From Vitrella brassicaformis CCMP3155 (lineage: Eukaryota > Protista > Chromerida), in the NCBI GenBank assembly GCA_001179505.1, contig CDMY01000265.1, positions 62,001 to 126,000 of the forward strand: a DNA stretch of 64,000 nt, written 5' to 3'. Below, piece by piece: positions 49,593 to 61,390 of the stretch. Position 1 is the stretch's first letter. Each line of letters opens with the position of its first letter. The position numbers were made by a program, and so were the translations under genes. Under the pieces are notes generated by a model, which saw nothing but the letters and a program-made list of their open reading frames with translations, made no database searches and was not told the DNA's origin.

Positions 49593-51327
49593 ATGGCAGT
49601 GAGTGCAAATGGTGGGTTCCATCCCATCAACTTGGATGACTATGAGGCGACGGCTAAGGAGAGGCTGACCACACAAGCGTGAGGGGACAGAAAGCGAACA
49701 AAGATCTGCCTGCGCCATTTGTGTGCATGTGGATGTGTCTGTGTCTGTGCGTACGCTGCAGTCATGGCTACTTCTCGTCTGGTGCAAATGACCAGTGGAC
49801 GCTTCGCGAGAACCGCGAGGCGTTTAACCGCATTCGGCTCCGGCCACGAGTCCTCAATGACGTCAGCAAAGTCAACCTCAACACATCCATGTGTGCAACA
49901 ACACACACGCACACTCAGCCACTGCGGATCGGCATCTGGTTGCTGTGTGGCTGTGTGTCTGTGTGTGCAGTCTGGGTCACACGAGCACGATGCCCGTCCT
50001 GGTGGCGCCGACAGGTATGCAGAAGCTGGCGCACCCCGAGGGCGAGACGGCCACTGCCCGGGCGGCCAGGGAGGTCGGTGTCCCCATGACCCTCTCAACC
50101 ATGTCCACCACACCTCTCGAGGAGGTCGCAGAGAGTTCGGGCAAGGGACTCAGATTCTTCCAGCTATACGTCTTCCAGTAAGGCAACAGACAGACAAATG
50201 GACCGAGTGAATGAAAGTGATGGACCTATGCGCGCGCGAGTGTGTCTGTGTGTGTTCAGGCAGCGTGAGTTGACAGTGCAGCTGATCAAGCGTGCCGAGG
50301 CCGCAGGGTACTCGGCCATCGTCCTCACCGTGGACGTACCTGCAATGGGTCGGCGGGAGGCGGACCTGCGGAACCACTTCACCCTGCCCCCCCACCTCAC
50401 ACTCGCCAACTTCGACGAGGAGACCCATGGCGCCACGAGGTTGTGCGGGGCCAGAGAGGCCGCCAGGGACGGCAGTGGGGGCGACTTTGGCTTAGCCGAC
50501 ACCAAGTCGGCCCTCAGCGCCTATGTCAACTCCATGTACGACGGCTCCCTCACCTGGAAGACGTACGCACGCACACGCACTCCAGCCACGGACAATGCAC
50601 AGCAATGGACACTATGCATGATGTTTCATGCCTGCCTGCCTGCCTGCCTGGCTGGCTGCCGATAGGATCGACTGGCTCAAGTCGATAACGGCCCTGCCCG
50701 TCATTGTCAAGGGCATCATGACGCCCGAAGACGCCCTTTTGGCGCGCGAGCACGGCGTGTCTGCCATCTGGGTGTCCAACCACGGTGGCCGGCAGCTCGA
50801 CGGCGTGGACGCCCCCATCACGGTGCTGCCGTCCATCAAGCAGGCCCTGGCTGAGAAGCCCGTCATGGAGTCCCACTTCAGGATGCCCACACGCATGGCC
50901 ATCTGGGTTGACGGGGGAGTCAGAAGGTACGTACGGTGTGGCCGCACACACACGCCTACATGAGCAGACATCCTGGATCTCTCTCGCTGTGTGTGTGTGT
51001 GTGAAGGGGTTCGGACATCTTGAAGGCGCTTGCTTTGGGTGCTGACATGGTGGCCGTCGGGCGGCCCGTGCTGTGGGGCCTGGCGTGTGGGGGGCAGCAG
51101 GGGGTAGTGGACGTCCTGTCCATGATCAGGGAGGAACTCACACTCGCCATGAAACTCGCAGGGTCAGTGGGAGCGGGGGCAGCCAGCTTGCAAGAGAGAC
51201 ACGAGACACACACGCGGGACCGGAGGCAGAGCTGGCACGCTACGCTACGTCTGGGTGTGTGTGTAGGTGCAATGACGTCAAGAAGGTGTCGCGGCAGCTC
51301 GTGAGGCTGGCGCATGAGCCTGTGTGA
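49593..51327 (+). CDS. FMN-dependent alpha-hydroxy acid oxidase (glycolate oxidase/HAOX/lactate oxidase family), no cytochrome b5 domain
   Basis: [90 protein letters not shown] and GRPVLWGLA. Ends ...AHEPV*. Confidence 0.94.
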
Positions 51328-51977
51328 TGGATGAATGGACGGAGGTGTGTTCAGCACACACTATGCATAGAGAGAGCCGTTTATCTGTGTAGAGGGGGAA
51401 GTTGACCGCTGTGTCGTGTGTGTGGTTTGTTGGTGTGAGAGTCTCTCTGAGTGAGCGAATCTGTGCTCATAAGTTTTTGGGTACCTACCTACCTAGCTCA
51501 ATCGATTCAATCACGCCGTCTTTTCCAGTCCGTCCGTCCGTTGGGTTCGTTGGATGTCCATGTGTTTGTATGTGTGGGGGCATTCAGGCCACTCCCTGTC
51601 CGTCACATGGTGGTGAATCTGTGCGCCTGTGCCCGAGACAGACAAATAAATCGCACACGTCGCCTGCCCATGAATCAATCGGCCTTCCCTCAAACTCTCC
51701 TCCTTTGGATGTTGTAGTGCAAGGGCGCCCAACAACACGTTGCAGCCGTGTTGCTGGGCCATCTTACACGACGAGATCCAAAAGAGGGGAGTTTGAGGAC
51801 AATGTGCAAGAGATCTGACTCCCTCCCTCATGAGGGCTTCTCTACGTGTGTCTGACATCTACGCGTGTAGAAGCTCTCACTTGACGAATGGCTGACCCAC
51901 GCAAGGCATGAACCAAACAAGAAACACGACGCACTGACTGACACGCTCGTCCATCCATCACATCTGGCCTAACCTCC

Positions 51978-53383
51978 TCAGTCGCCCCCCTTCCCTCTCC
52001 ACCCAGCCCAGTGATGCTGCCTGCGGCCTCCAAAGGCCCGTGTGTGTGATGGGATAGGGCGAATAACAACATACTGTCGCATGTAGCCCGCACCACCGTC
52101 ACAGTCGTCGCCTTGGTGCCTGTCTTCGCATCTGACGACCATGCCGCAGCCCAGGAAGAAGCCGAAACTCACGGCACCGCCAATCTGCACCGGGAAAAGG
52201 CAATGGGGCGACGAATGAGTGCATGCCGGTTCCTGTTCGCATGCGTACCACAGAGAGGGGGAAGAGGAGGATGTTTCGCTGCACGATTGACGCATACACG
52301 CCCGTCAGAGCACCGAAGATGCCGCCCACCATCGCACCCTAAACAAACAACAACACGGCCAAAAGACAGATTGAATCGCGGCATACCACAGGCAGGCAGA
52401 GGGCTCCCTCCCTCCCTCCCTCGCTCCCTCACTGACCATGTTGATGCCCATCTTGATGCTCTCGAGGCACGCCAGCACCCTGCAGTCACAGGACAGGCGC
52501 CAGGCAAGACACGGCCATTTCCTCGTGTGATCCATTCTGTTGGTTCGGCGGTGCGGTGGTTGCCTGGGGTTGGTGATCCATGGTTCCCTCCCGCCGTGCA
52601 TGGCCGCCCGCCTCTCCCGCTCCAGGATGGCGTCGTCACGCAGACCATCAGACTCCACCACTGGGGAACTGATTGATGCACACCGTACCAGTGACACACA
52701 ATGGAACGCTCGTGTGTGTGTTGATTTGTTTGGTCTTGGCCTGTGCGATGCGATGCGGTTCGTACAGGTATCTGGAGAAGTCTTCTTTGGCGTACTCGTC
52801 CTCCCCCGTGGGGCTGCTCTTGCGGCCAAACATCGGGATGAAACTGAACACACACACACACACGCACGCACGGAACAACCACAGCATGCACAGTAATGCA
52901 TGGACAAGACCTCCCTCCTCTCCCCGTAGCTACCTTGTTGGCGGCTTCAGCGAAGTCGCCAGCCCCCCAGCAGCAGGAGCCTCTGCTGCGGCGGCTGATT
53001 TCTTGGTGTCTGTCGACGCGATGGGCGGTGGGCTGAAGCCTTTGAACTCCCCCACAGGGGGCGCCAAGTCGCCGGACAGACCCTTCCATGAACGAGGAGG
53101 CTCTGGGGCAGACAGACAGACGTGCAATGACGCCCATGCATCTATCGCAGACCACGTGCTCAGGTGTCTTCCTTCGTTAGTTACCTGGCGGCGGTGCGAG
53201 AGGGTTTCCTGCGGGCGGCGGTGGCACGAACGCATCGAATTCACTCGCCTCCTTCTTCTCCTCCTTCTTGCCGCCGCCAAACCTGCGCCACACACAACAC
53301 GCACAAACACACACACTCACACACACATCCATAAATGAATCATGTGTGCGTCTGTCAATCATCTCCCCTCCTGACCACGACAT
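51978..53383 (-). CDS. ROMO1: ROMO1/Mgr2-like mitochondrial inner-membrane protein with long N-terminal extension
   Basis: Spliced C-terminus CLESIKMGINM-VGGIFGALTG...GGAVSFGFFLGCGMVVRC matches the Romo1 pattern (C...KMG...G..FG.F...G...RC). The start is MSW|FGGGKKEE. Confidence 0.75.
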
Positions 53384-53522
53384 GCTGCTGATGCAGATCT
53401 CCAACAACAACTCCTTAGCTGAGCTGGCAGGCTTTCCCCAGCTCGCACCTTTTTGGGGTGTGGTTTGCGCTGTTTCCGGCTGCAAGGGCATTCGGCCTGC
53501 GCGAAGCGCTTCCCTTGCCGAC

Positions 53523-55782
53523 AATGTCACAGCCGCAACCCTCTTCTGTGCCCTCGTCTTCGGCGGAGCCGCCGCACCATTCGTCGAAGCGACACAGAGC
53601 GACAGAAATGTACAGGAGAGGGCTTATCCTCGAAAACAGAGGCCGCCTGACGGATGCCATCGGATGTGAGGACACACAAAGCCACACAGCAACACAACAC
53701 ATTGCGAAGCACGTCCTCATTCGGTGCGTGCGTGTGTGTGTGTGTGTGTGCGTCTTGTGTGCAGGTTATCGTTCAGCGCTCAAGATAGACCCCGACTTGG
53801 ACGAGCGGACCATCGTTGTCGACGACGACGAGGCCCTCCAGACGGAGAGGGAGGATGACCCCTTCCTCGACAGCATAGACGTGAGGGCCGACAGGGAGCC
53901 CCCCGCGCCGGCCGACGGGTCATGGTCGCTGATTCTGTCGCTGCCGATAGAAATGGTGGGCAGACTGCCCCTCTTTATGGGACCATATGACCTAGACAGG
54001 TAACTGCATACGTGCGTTCGTCAGCTGCCGAAACACACTCACAAAACATGCCGAACACACACCACTCTCTGCTGTGTGTGCGCGTGTGTGTGTTTGTGTG
54101 TGTGTGTGTGTGTGTGCAGGTTGTCGGGTAGCTGTCACACGATGAGGGCTGTCTGCCGGCAAAGCCGCGTATGGCAGCGCCTGTTCTTCAAGACGCTCCC
54201 CAAGTACTTCCCGCACCTCTCACTCAGCATGGCCACGCCGCCCGGCCCCTCCAGCAAGAGCCCCACACCCGCCGCAGACAAGATGAGCCGCCGCGCCACG
54301 GCTGACGAAGACGCCGACGGCGAGGCCGAGAATGAACTACAGGCAAGTAACGGACAGACACACAGATGGATTTGTCCTTGTGCTGACCTGACGCATCCGT
54401 GGGTGCAGCCTCTGTTTGAGTCGGTGCTGCACGCGGCCCCGCCGCCGCGGTACCTGCGGGGCATGATGCGCAACGACCGTGACAATGACGACTACCACCA
54501 CTGGCTGTCGGTGCCAGCCAGGTACCAGCAGAGCATGCCGTCGGTCTACAACAGCATCATTCAGGACCTCAGAAGACACGGATATGACTGGAGAAGGTAT
54601 CAAGACGGAGGGAGGGAGTCAAGAGGCCAGAGAGAGCTCTGATGGTTCGCTGCGCTGTCCGTCGTGTGTGTGTGTGTGTGCAGGTTGTATTTGGAGAGCC
54701 GCCGGCCCCGCTGCGATGGCGTGTACATAGCCAAGTGCATCTACTTCAGACGTAAGAACAAGGAAGCCATCAGCACGCCCGCGCCGCGCACACCAACACG
54801 AACGATTCGACAGACAAACAGACTGGTCATGTCATTGCCCTTTTTGTTTATGTGTCAGGTGTGCGTGACATGGGCAATGTTCATCTGCCAGACCCCTCCA
54901 AGGGCCACCACCGCAACCCGGTCCTGGCCGTCACCTACTTCAGATACCTCAGGTTCATCTGGGGCACCAGGAAGGTGCTGGTGCTCAGGTCAGAGGTCGA
55001 CCAGAATGCCGCCGTCCGCGCACTCAAGCAATTCGATTTCCGCCACCCACAACACACCGGCGAGGGGACAGCCGCCACCAACACCAGCAGTAGTAGCAGC
55101 AGCAGCAGCAGCTCATCCTCATCGTCGAGCACTGCCAGCGGTGCGTCGTCGTCGAGCAGTGCTGCCGGAGGGGGTGTGGTGGGCCTGAAGGACAGGGGCG
55201 TGGACAGGGGCGCTAGAAGCCTTGACGTGGGAGGGGAGGAGGGGGCCACCAACGTGCCGCGGATCATTCAGGAGATCCATGTATGTGTGTGAGGCGGGAG
55301 GGACGGGAGAACAACGTGGACGGACACCTGTACAATGCCTCCCGTGATGCTAACCTTCGCGTGTGTGTGCAGGTAGGAGTGTATGAGCTGAATGGGTCGG
55401 CGCTGAGCATCCGCTATGTCGACCCGAAGCACAACCCCAAATACTCAAACCAGGTGCGCTGACCGAGCGACCGACCGACGCCAGCACTGCAGGGGAGGAC
55501 CATGCATGCCGATGTTATTGGTCCGTCAGATGCGTTTGGAGATCACCAACGCCCCCCGCGGCCGATGGAACTCGCGGCTCAAGTGGACAGGTGTGCATGA
55601 CACACCCTCACACATACACACCGCCCTCTCGCATCATGTATGTATGTGCGTGTTGGCTGCCCGCAGGGTTCACAGTGTCCGTGTTGGGAACCGATCGCGA
55701 GCCCACGGAGCTGCCTGTGGGTGACGACCACACCCGCCCCTTCCTCTTCAACCGCATCAGGGCCTACGAAGACCTCTTCTGA
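53523..55782 (+). CDS. FBXO9: F-box protein, FBXO9/Hrt3-like
   Basis: TPR-like ATEMYRRGLILENRGRLTDAIG.YRSALKIDPD, F-box ILSLPIEMV...LSGSCH...VWQRL, then RPRCDGVYIAKCIYFR, TYFRYLRF and C-terminal RPFLFNRIRAY. Confidence 0.8.
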
Positions 55783-56673
55783 CTAACACAACACACAACA
55801 CCACACACCCACAGAGAAAGATGTGCCTCGTAGTTGAGTTGAAATGTACCATAGCCTTGCAACTGCTGCCTTACGGCCTGCCTGCCTGTCTGGCCCCGTG
55901 TGTGCCTGTCAGAGTCTCTTCTGCACCGACTGCAGGAGGAGACAGCGCACACAAGCGGGCTTGGCGATCGCTTGACACTTAGCCTACATAGCCTACATGA
56001 GTGCGTGAGCGTCTTTTTCTCCTCCCATTGCTGCTGCTGGATGGCTGGATAACACAACTGACACGGGAGAGTGAGTGAGAGAGGCTGGGTGGACGGGACG
56101 GGAGGGGACGGGAGGGGCGTCTCTGCTCTGCTGATGCAGATGCACACGCCGAGGTGGGGCTCTGGCGGGTTGCTCACACACAGACACACACACACACACG
56201 CACGCACACACATACACGCACACAGAGGTGGCTAGATGGCTGGCTGCACATCTCATTTTGGCATGGTTCATCGACTGCGCTGCGTACTTTTTTGTGCGTG
56301 GGCTGTATGTCTTTCTGTACAAACACACACAGCACGAGCCAACTTTTTGAGGTGGATTGGATCATGTTGGCAGTGGTGGCGAGAGACACACGGACCTATA
56401 TATATGTTATATATGCACCGCACCCATCTTGTGCAGCATTGGCTGGCTGACTGATGTCAGCCATGGCATGGCGGCCACCCATCCACCATCGATTCACCCA
56501 CGCGGACAGACACGGTACGGACTGACATCCTATGCACACAATCTAATCGGCACACACAGCGCCCCTCCCGCAGTCACACAGAGGACAAAATAGGCGGCGG
56601 GGCACCCACGCACTCTTCCCTCCTTCCCTCCCTCGTGCTTGTACCTGTCTTGTCTATCTATCTAGCTATATGT

Positions 56674-59600
56674 TCATCTTTTGAGCTGCCGCAGCTCCCG
56701 CAGACTCGACCGCACCTGACACACAGACACACAGATGGATCGGTGGCTGGATGGATGGATCAATGTGCTGCGCGAATCGCAGCCACTGACCCTGGCGATG
56801 GTGGCGTCGAGTTCCATCTGGCGTCTCTCGAGCTCCATCCGACGCTTTCGCTGAGCTACCGTCTTACCTGCACACACACACACGCACAGGCCACAAGAAG
56901 CATACAACAAGCCAGGTGGCCATTCTGCCGCCACACACTCCACTCCGACCTGCGCTGCCCGATGGGAACTTGCTGAGCTCAGAGTCGATCATGGCATTCT
57001 CCATGTTCAAAGTCTGTGTGAGACAACCAACCGACGAACAAGAACGAATGCGTCAGTCACCTGCCGCGTGTATAGCAGTGTCACCCCCTTTCATGCTGAC
57101 TGACTGACCAGCAGCTGTTGCTCGAGGCTCTGCAGCCTCTCGCCCTGCTCCTTGACCTCCCCCAGCCCCATCCCCTGGTTCAGAGCCGCACCAACGCCCG
57201 TCGCCCTCCCACCCAGATTGGCACCCGCATGGGGACTGCTGCCGCTCAACTCCCCAGACCACCCACCAGCCGTCGATGGCCTCACACCACCACCACCACC
57301 GGGCTGCTGCTGTGGGGGCTGCTGGTACACACTGGCGATGGGTGGTGGCGTGACGGTACTGGTGTTGACCTGGTGGCCCATCACGCCGCCGTAGTCTGGT
57401 GTGGGCGGCTGTGAGGGGTATGGGTTGCCGTATGGTGGGGATGGCTGCTGATGAGCCAGGGGTGGTGGTTTGGAGGGCTGGAAGGGGGAGGGCTGGGATG
57501 GCGGTGGGAGGGGCGGGGAGCGACCCACATCACGATACAGAGATGGGTATGCCGGCTCAGCTGACAGACGGCCCTCTGCAACACGGAATGCTTGCAATGA
57601 GGTTGTGTGTGCATTTGTATTCCATGGTACCTTGTCCGGACAGCTGTGTGACGTATGGGCTCTGGGCCATGGCTGGTCCGCCCACAGGCGGGCTCTGTGG
57701 TGGCTGTGCCTTCTTGAGTGCGTGCAGCTGCTGCCTGAGGTCGAGCAGCTCGTTGGACTGCTCCTGCAACTGACGCTGGGCCTTCTCGTGCTGATCCCTA
57801 CATATATGCACACACATACACCAATGGAGTCCCGTGCTCACTCCTGCACCCACTTGCACCCACCCCACCCACCCGCGGACCCACCTGTATCTCTGTGCGT
57901 CGCGCATTGCAGTCTCATTCTGGGCCGCCAACGAAGCCGACTTGCGCCTGGGACAGATAGGGAGACAAACGGAGAATACCGTAGACTTTCAATCAACGAA
58001 GCAAACGAGCCCACCCCACCCTCTTGACTCACTTTTCGTTTTCTAGTTCTCCCTTGGCCTTCTGCGACTCTTTGCGCATCGACTCGCTCTCCTGCATCGT
58101 CTGAAAAGACAAGAGAAACAGACAGCAGCGGCATGGCCTTTGCAACCCACGTCTGTCTGTCTGTCTGTCTGTCTGTAGGTTTGTATGTGAGGTGGTGGGT
58201 GAGTGGATCAGATCACTGGACCTACCTGTGCCATTTGTGCGAGTTCGTGTTTCCTGGTTTTGTCTCGGTCCTTCATCTGGTCTATCAGCGTCTCGTTCTT
58301 CGACTGCAACTCCTCACTGTCAGTCGAGTCAGTCAACCAACGGCAGCCACACAAAGAGACAGACACCCATCTTCGATGATAGATAAGTGCGTGTGTGAGT
58401 GAGTGAGATGGGCGGCTTGCGTCATTTGCTCGCTTAGATACCATCTCTTGGCTTCCTCCTCAGCTTTCTCCAGGTCAGTCTTGAGCTTCTTGGCCTCCTT
58501 GCTCAAACTCTCGTACTCACCCTCAAGCTAACACCAACACACGCCCACACACACACGCGGAGAGACACCATTTGGGTCCCGAGAGAGTGCGAGAGGGGTG
58601 TGGTTTGATGTGATATAGACAAGCACCTTGTTGAGGCTCTGTGTGGCGGTTTGGTGTTTGGTCTGGAGCTCCTTGAAGTCGGCCTGCAGATGCTGAATCT
58701 CACGCTCCTGCGTAGTCTGACAGACAATGGCATGCTCGAGCACAGTGTTGCTTGTAGGAGAGATGGCTATCTGTCTGTCTGTGTGTCGTCCCTCCCTCCC
58801 TCCCTCCCTCCCTCGTTCACCTTGGTCTCCTCTAGCGACTCCACCTGCCCCTGAAGCACCTTCTGCACACACGTACCAGGCCAGGTGGGTGCACGCACAC
58901 GGCTCGCTCATTGGATGCCCCACTCTCCCCCCACCTTTGTGTGTGCGAGTGCGGCGCAGTTGGCCTGGACGTCCTCGTTCTCCTTCTCGAGTCGTCGCAC
59001 GGTGTCCTTGTGTGCGGCGAGCAGTCGCGTGGCCTCCTCATATGTCTCTTGCAGCGTCTGGACAGTGCGCATGAGCTCCTCCTTCTGCTGCAGCGTCTCG
59101 TCCAGCCGCTTCTCCAACTGGTTCTTGCGCAACATCACCATCTATAGAGAGGGAGAGAGGGACACAAAGGAGCAAACGAATCAAGGACTGGCGCACTCTT
59201 CATGTCTTGTTTTCGCTGGCTCTCTGACCTCGTTCTTGGCGCTGAATTCGGTGACTTGTCTGTTTGCCGCCTCCAGGTTGGCCTGCAGGGACGACACCTT
59301 GCTGTCCAGCTCACGGGAAGACGACTTGGACTCACTGCATCCGCAGGGAGGGAGGGGAGAGAGGTGTGGAAGTTTCCTTTGCGTATCGTCGTGTTTACGT
59401 GGTCTCTTTGGCGGCTTCCTTCTCGAGTATGCGCATCTTCCGGTCGCACTCGGCCTTGACGTTGTCGATCTCCGCCTGGGCCTGCCGACGAAGCTGCACA
59501 TGCACAGAAGCACAGAGACACGCACGTCCATTCACACAGAGAGAAGTGTGTTGTCTTTTGAAACATAACCCGCACACACACCTGCTGTATGCGTTGCTCT

Positions 59601-61301
59601 AACTGCTGGGTGTAGAACTCCCTCAGCCGGGCCTCGTGCTCTTTCTCCTTCTCCTCCAGCCAACTCTCAAGCTCCTCCTCACTCTTGGACCCACCTCCTA
59701 CCCCACCCAAGCCGCCACTCCCACTGACACCCACGCTACTGCCCACATCAGGGGGCGACCGATCCTCCCTCCGAGGCCCACCAACACCAACACCCGCACT
59801 CCCCCTCTCGCCCCACGCCTCACGCGCCCCAGCCGATCCCCGACCCTCACGTGTGCGCAAAGGCGGCGCACGGGGCGACCGACGGCTGGGCTCTCCTGGG
59901 GACGGTGAGGGCGGCAGCCGTCGGCCTGCGGGGTGGAGGGGAGGTGAGGGGGGATGAGAGGGCATGCGGCCGCCGTAGCTGTACGGCATCTCCTCCTCCT
60001 CATAGGATGCATAAAGGTCATAGGCGTACTCGTCCTCCATCTCCGGCGAGGAACCGTAGTAGTCATACGACGAGCCGTAGCGGTACTCCTCCTCTCTCGG
60101 GCTCCGCCGGTACTCATAGATGGGCTCGTTGTAGTCGACTACAGGGTCAGAGATGGTGTGGTGGGGGTCCCTCCCCCGCCCCCTGCCCGGCGAGAGCCGT
60201 CGTGGCTGCTCGTGCGGTTGGAAGTACGAGGGTGGCGGGTAGAGGTCACGCTCGCGACGGCCGGTGGGCGGCAGGCGCGCAGGGAGGGGGTCCTGGTACC
60301 TGGGAGGGGGGCCGATGGAGGGGTAAGGCGACTTCGGCCGGAGAGCCGTCTCGGATGCTGACTTGCCGCTGCCCAGAGATGGCTCTGGTTGATTGGTCAA
60401 CATAACAAAGATGGGGCCAGACAGCGATTGAAACTGGGCCTCTCCGTGTGTATGTGTCTCACTTGGTCGAGGTGGCCTCTGATCACTGCGATGGCCGGGT
60501 GGCGGCGCTGGCACTCTGTCAATCATGTCTAGAATGAGGTCCACGTCCCTCTCGTCCCTCACTGCAACCCTCTCCCTCTCCCGTGAGACCCGCCTTCTGG
60601 TGTCCCCATTATAGGTCTCCTCAGGGTGATCCTCCTCCACAGCTACGCCCACATGCTCCTGCTCCGCGGCTGCACAACACACACACACGGTCAGCAATGA
60701 AGGCGAATCATTATGTCAGCTGATCTTCTGTGGTCTCAGTCGCCTACCTTCGCTGGATGCGCCTCTAGCGTACTCCCGCACGTCCCTCTCCACATCCCTT
60801 TCGTCGTCATCTATGATCTCGTCCCCCTCATCCATATCAGCATACTCCAGCCCCTCAACATCGTCTCCCACCTCCTGCGACCTTCGCCGCTCATCGGCCT
60901 CGTAATGTGCGATGTCCTCGCGTGGCAACGTGTCGGTGTGAGATCTCTTGAAGGGCCCGAAGTTCGACGGTAGGCGGTCAAGGGGGCGGGAGGAGGGGCG
61001 GGGATGCAGGGTGGGGTCCAGCGAGAAGGCCCTCTCGGGCAACGGACGAGGGAAGGGGTGCCCTGCACCACACACAGCAACAGATGGACAATTTCTCATG
61101 TCTGATCCATCGAAACGACTCCTTGGTGTTCTCTTGCCGAGACCACCACCATTCTGCCTCTGTATGTGCCCTGCTCTTGCCATCTTCCCTCGCCCTTCTC
61201 TCCCTCCGCGCCCGTGGCCTACGTGAATTGGAGAGGCCTTCCGTGTGACTGCGCGTGTATGGCCGCTGAGCCTCAAGGAAGTCCGTCTTGATGGACGTCA
61301 T
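56674..61301 (-). CDS. Long coiled-coil protein with Pro/Arg-rich N-terminal half; C-terminus resembles MPHOSPH9-type centriolar proteins
   Basis: Heptad exons from 57750 to 59690. Terminal exons read LNMENAMIDSELSKFPSGSAGKTVAQRKRRMELERRQMELDATIARVRSSLRELRQLKR*. The family assignment is recalled similarity only. Confidence 0.6.
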
Positions 61302-61390
61302 GACCTCAAACAAACACTGAGGCCGCGGGACTCCCTGCGGGTACGGGTTAGAGAGCTCTCCTTCCGTGGACGAAATAACGGTACATTGAA

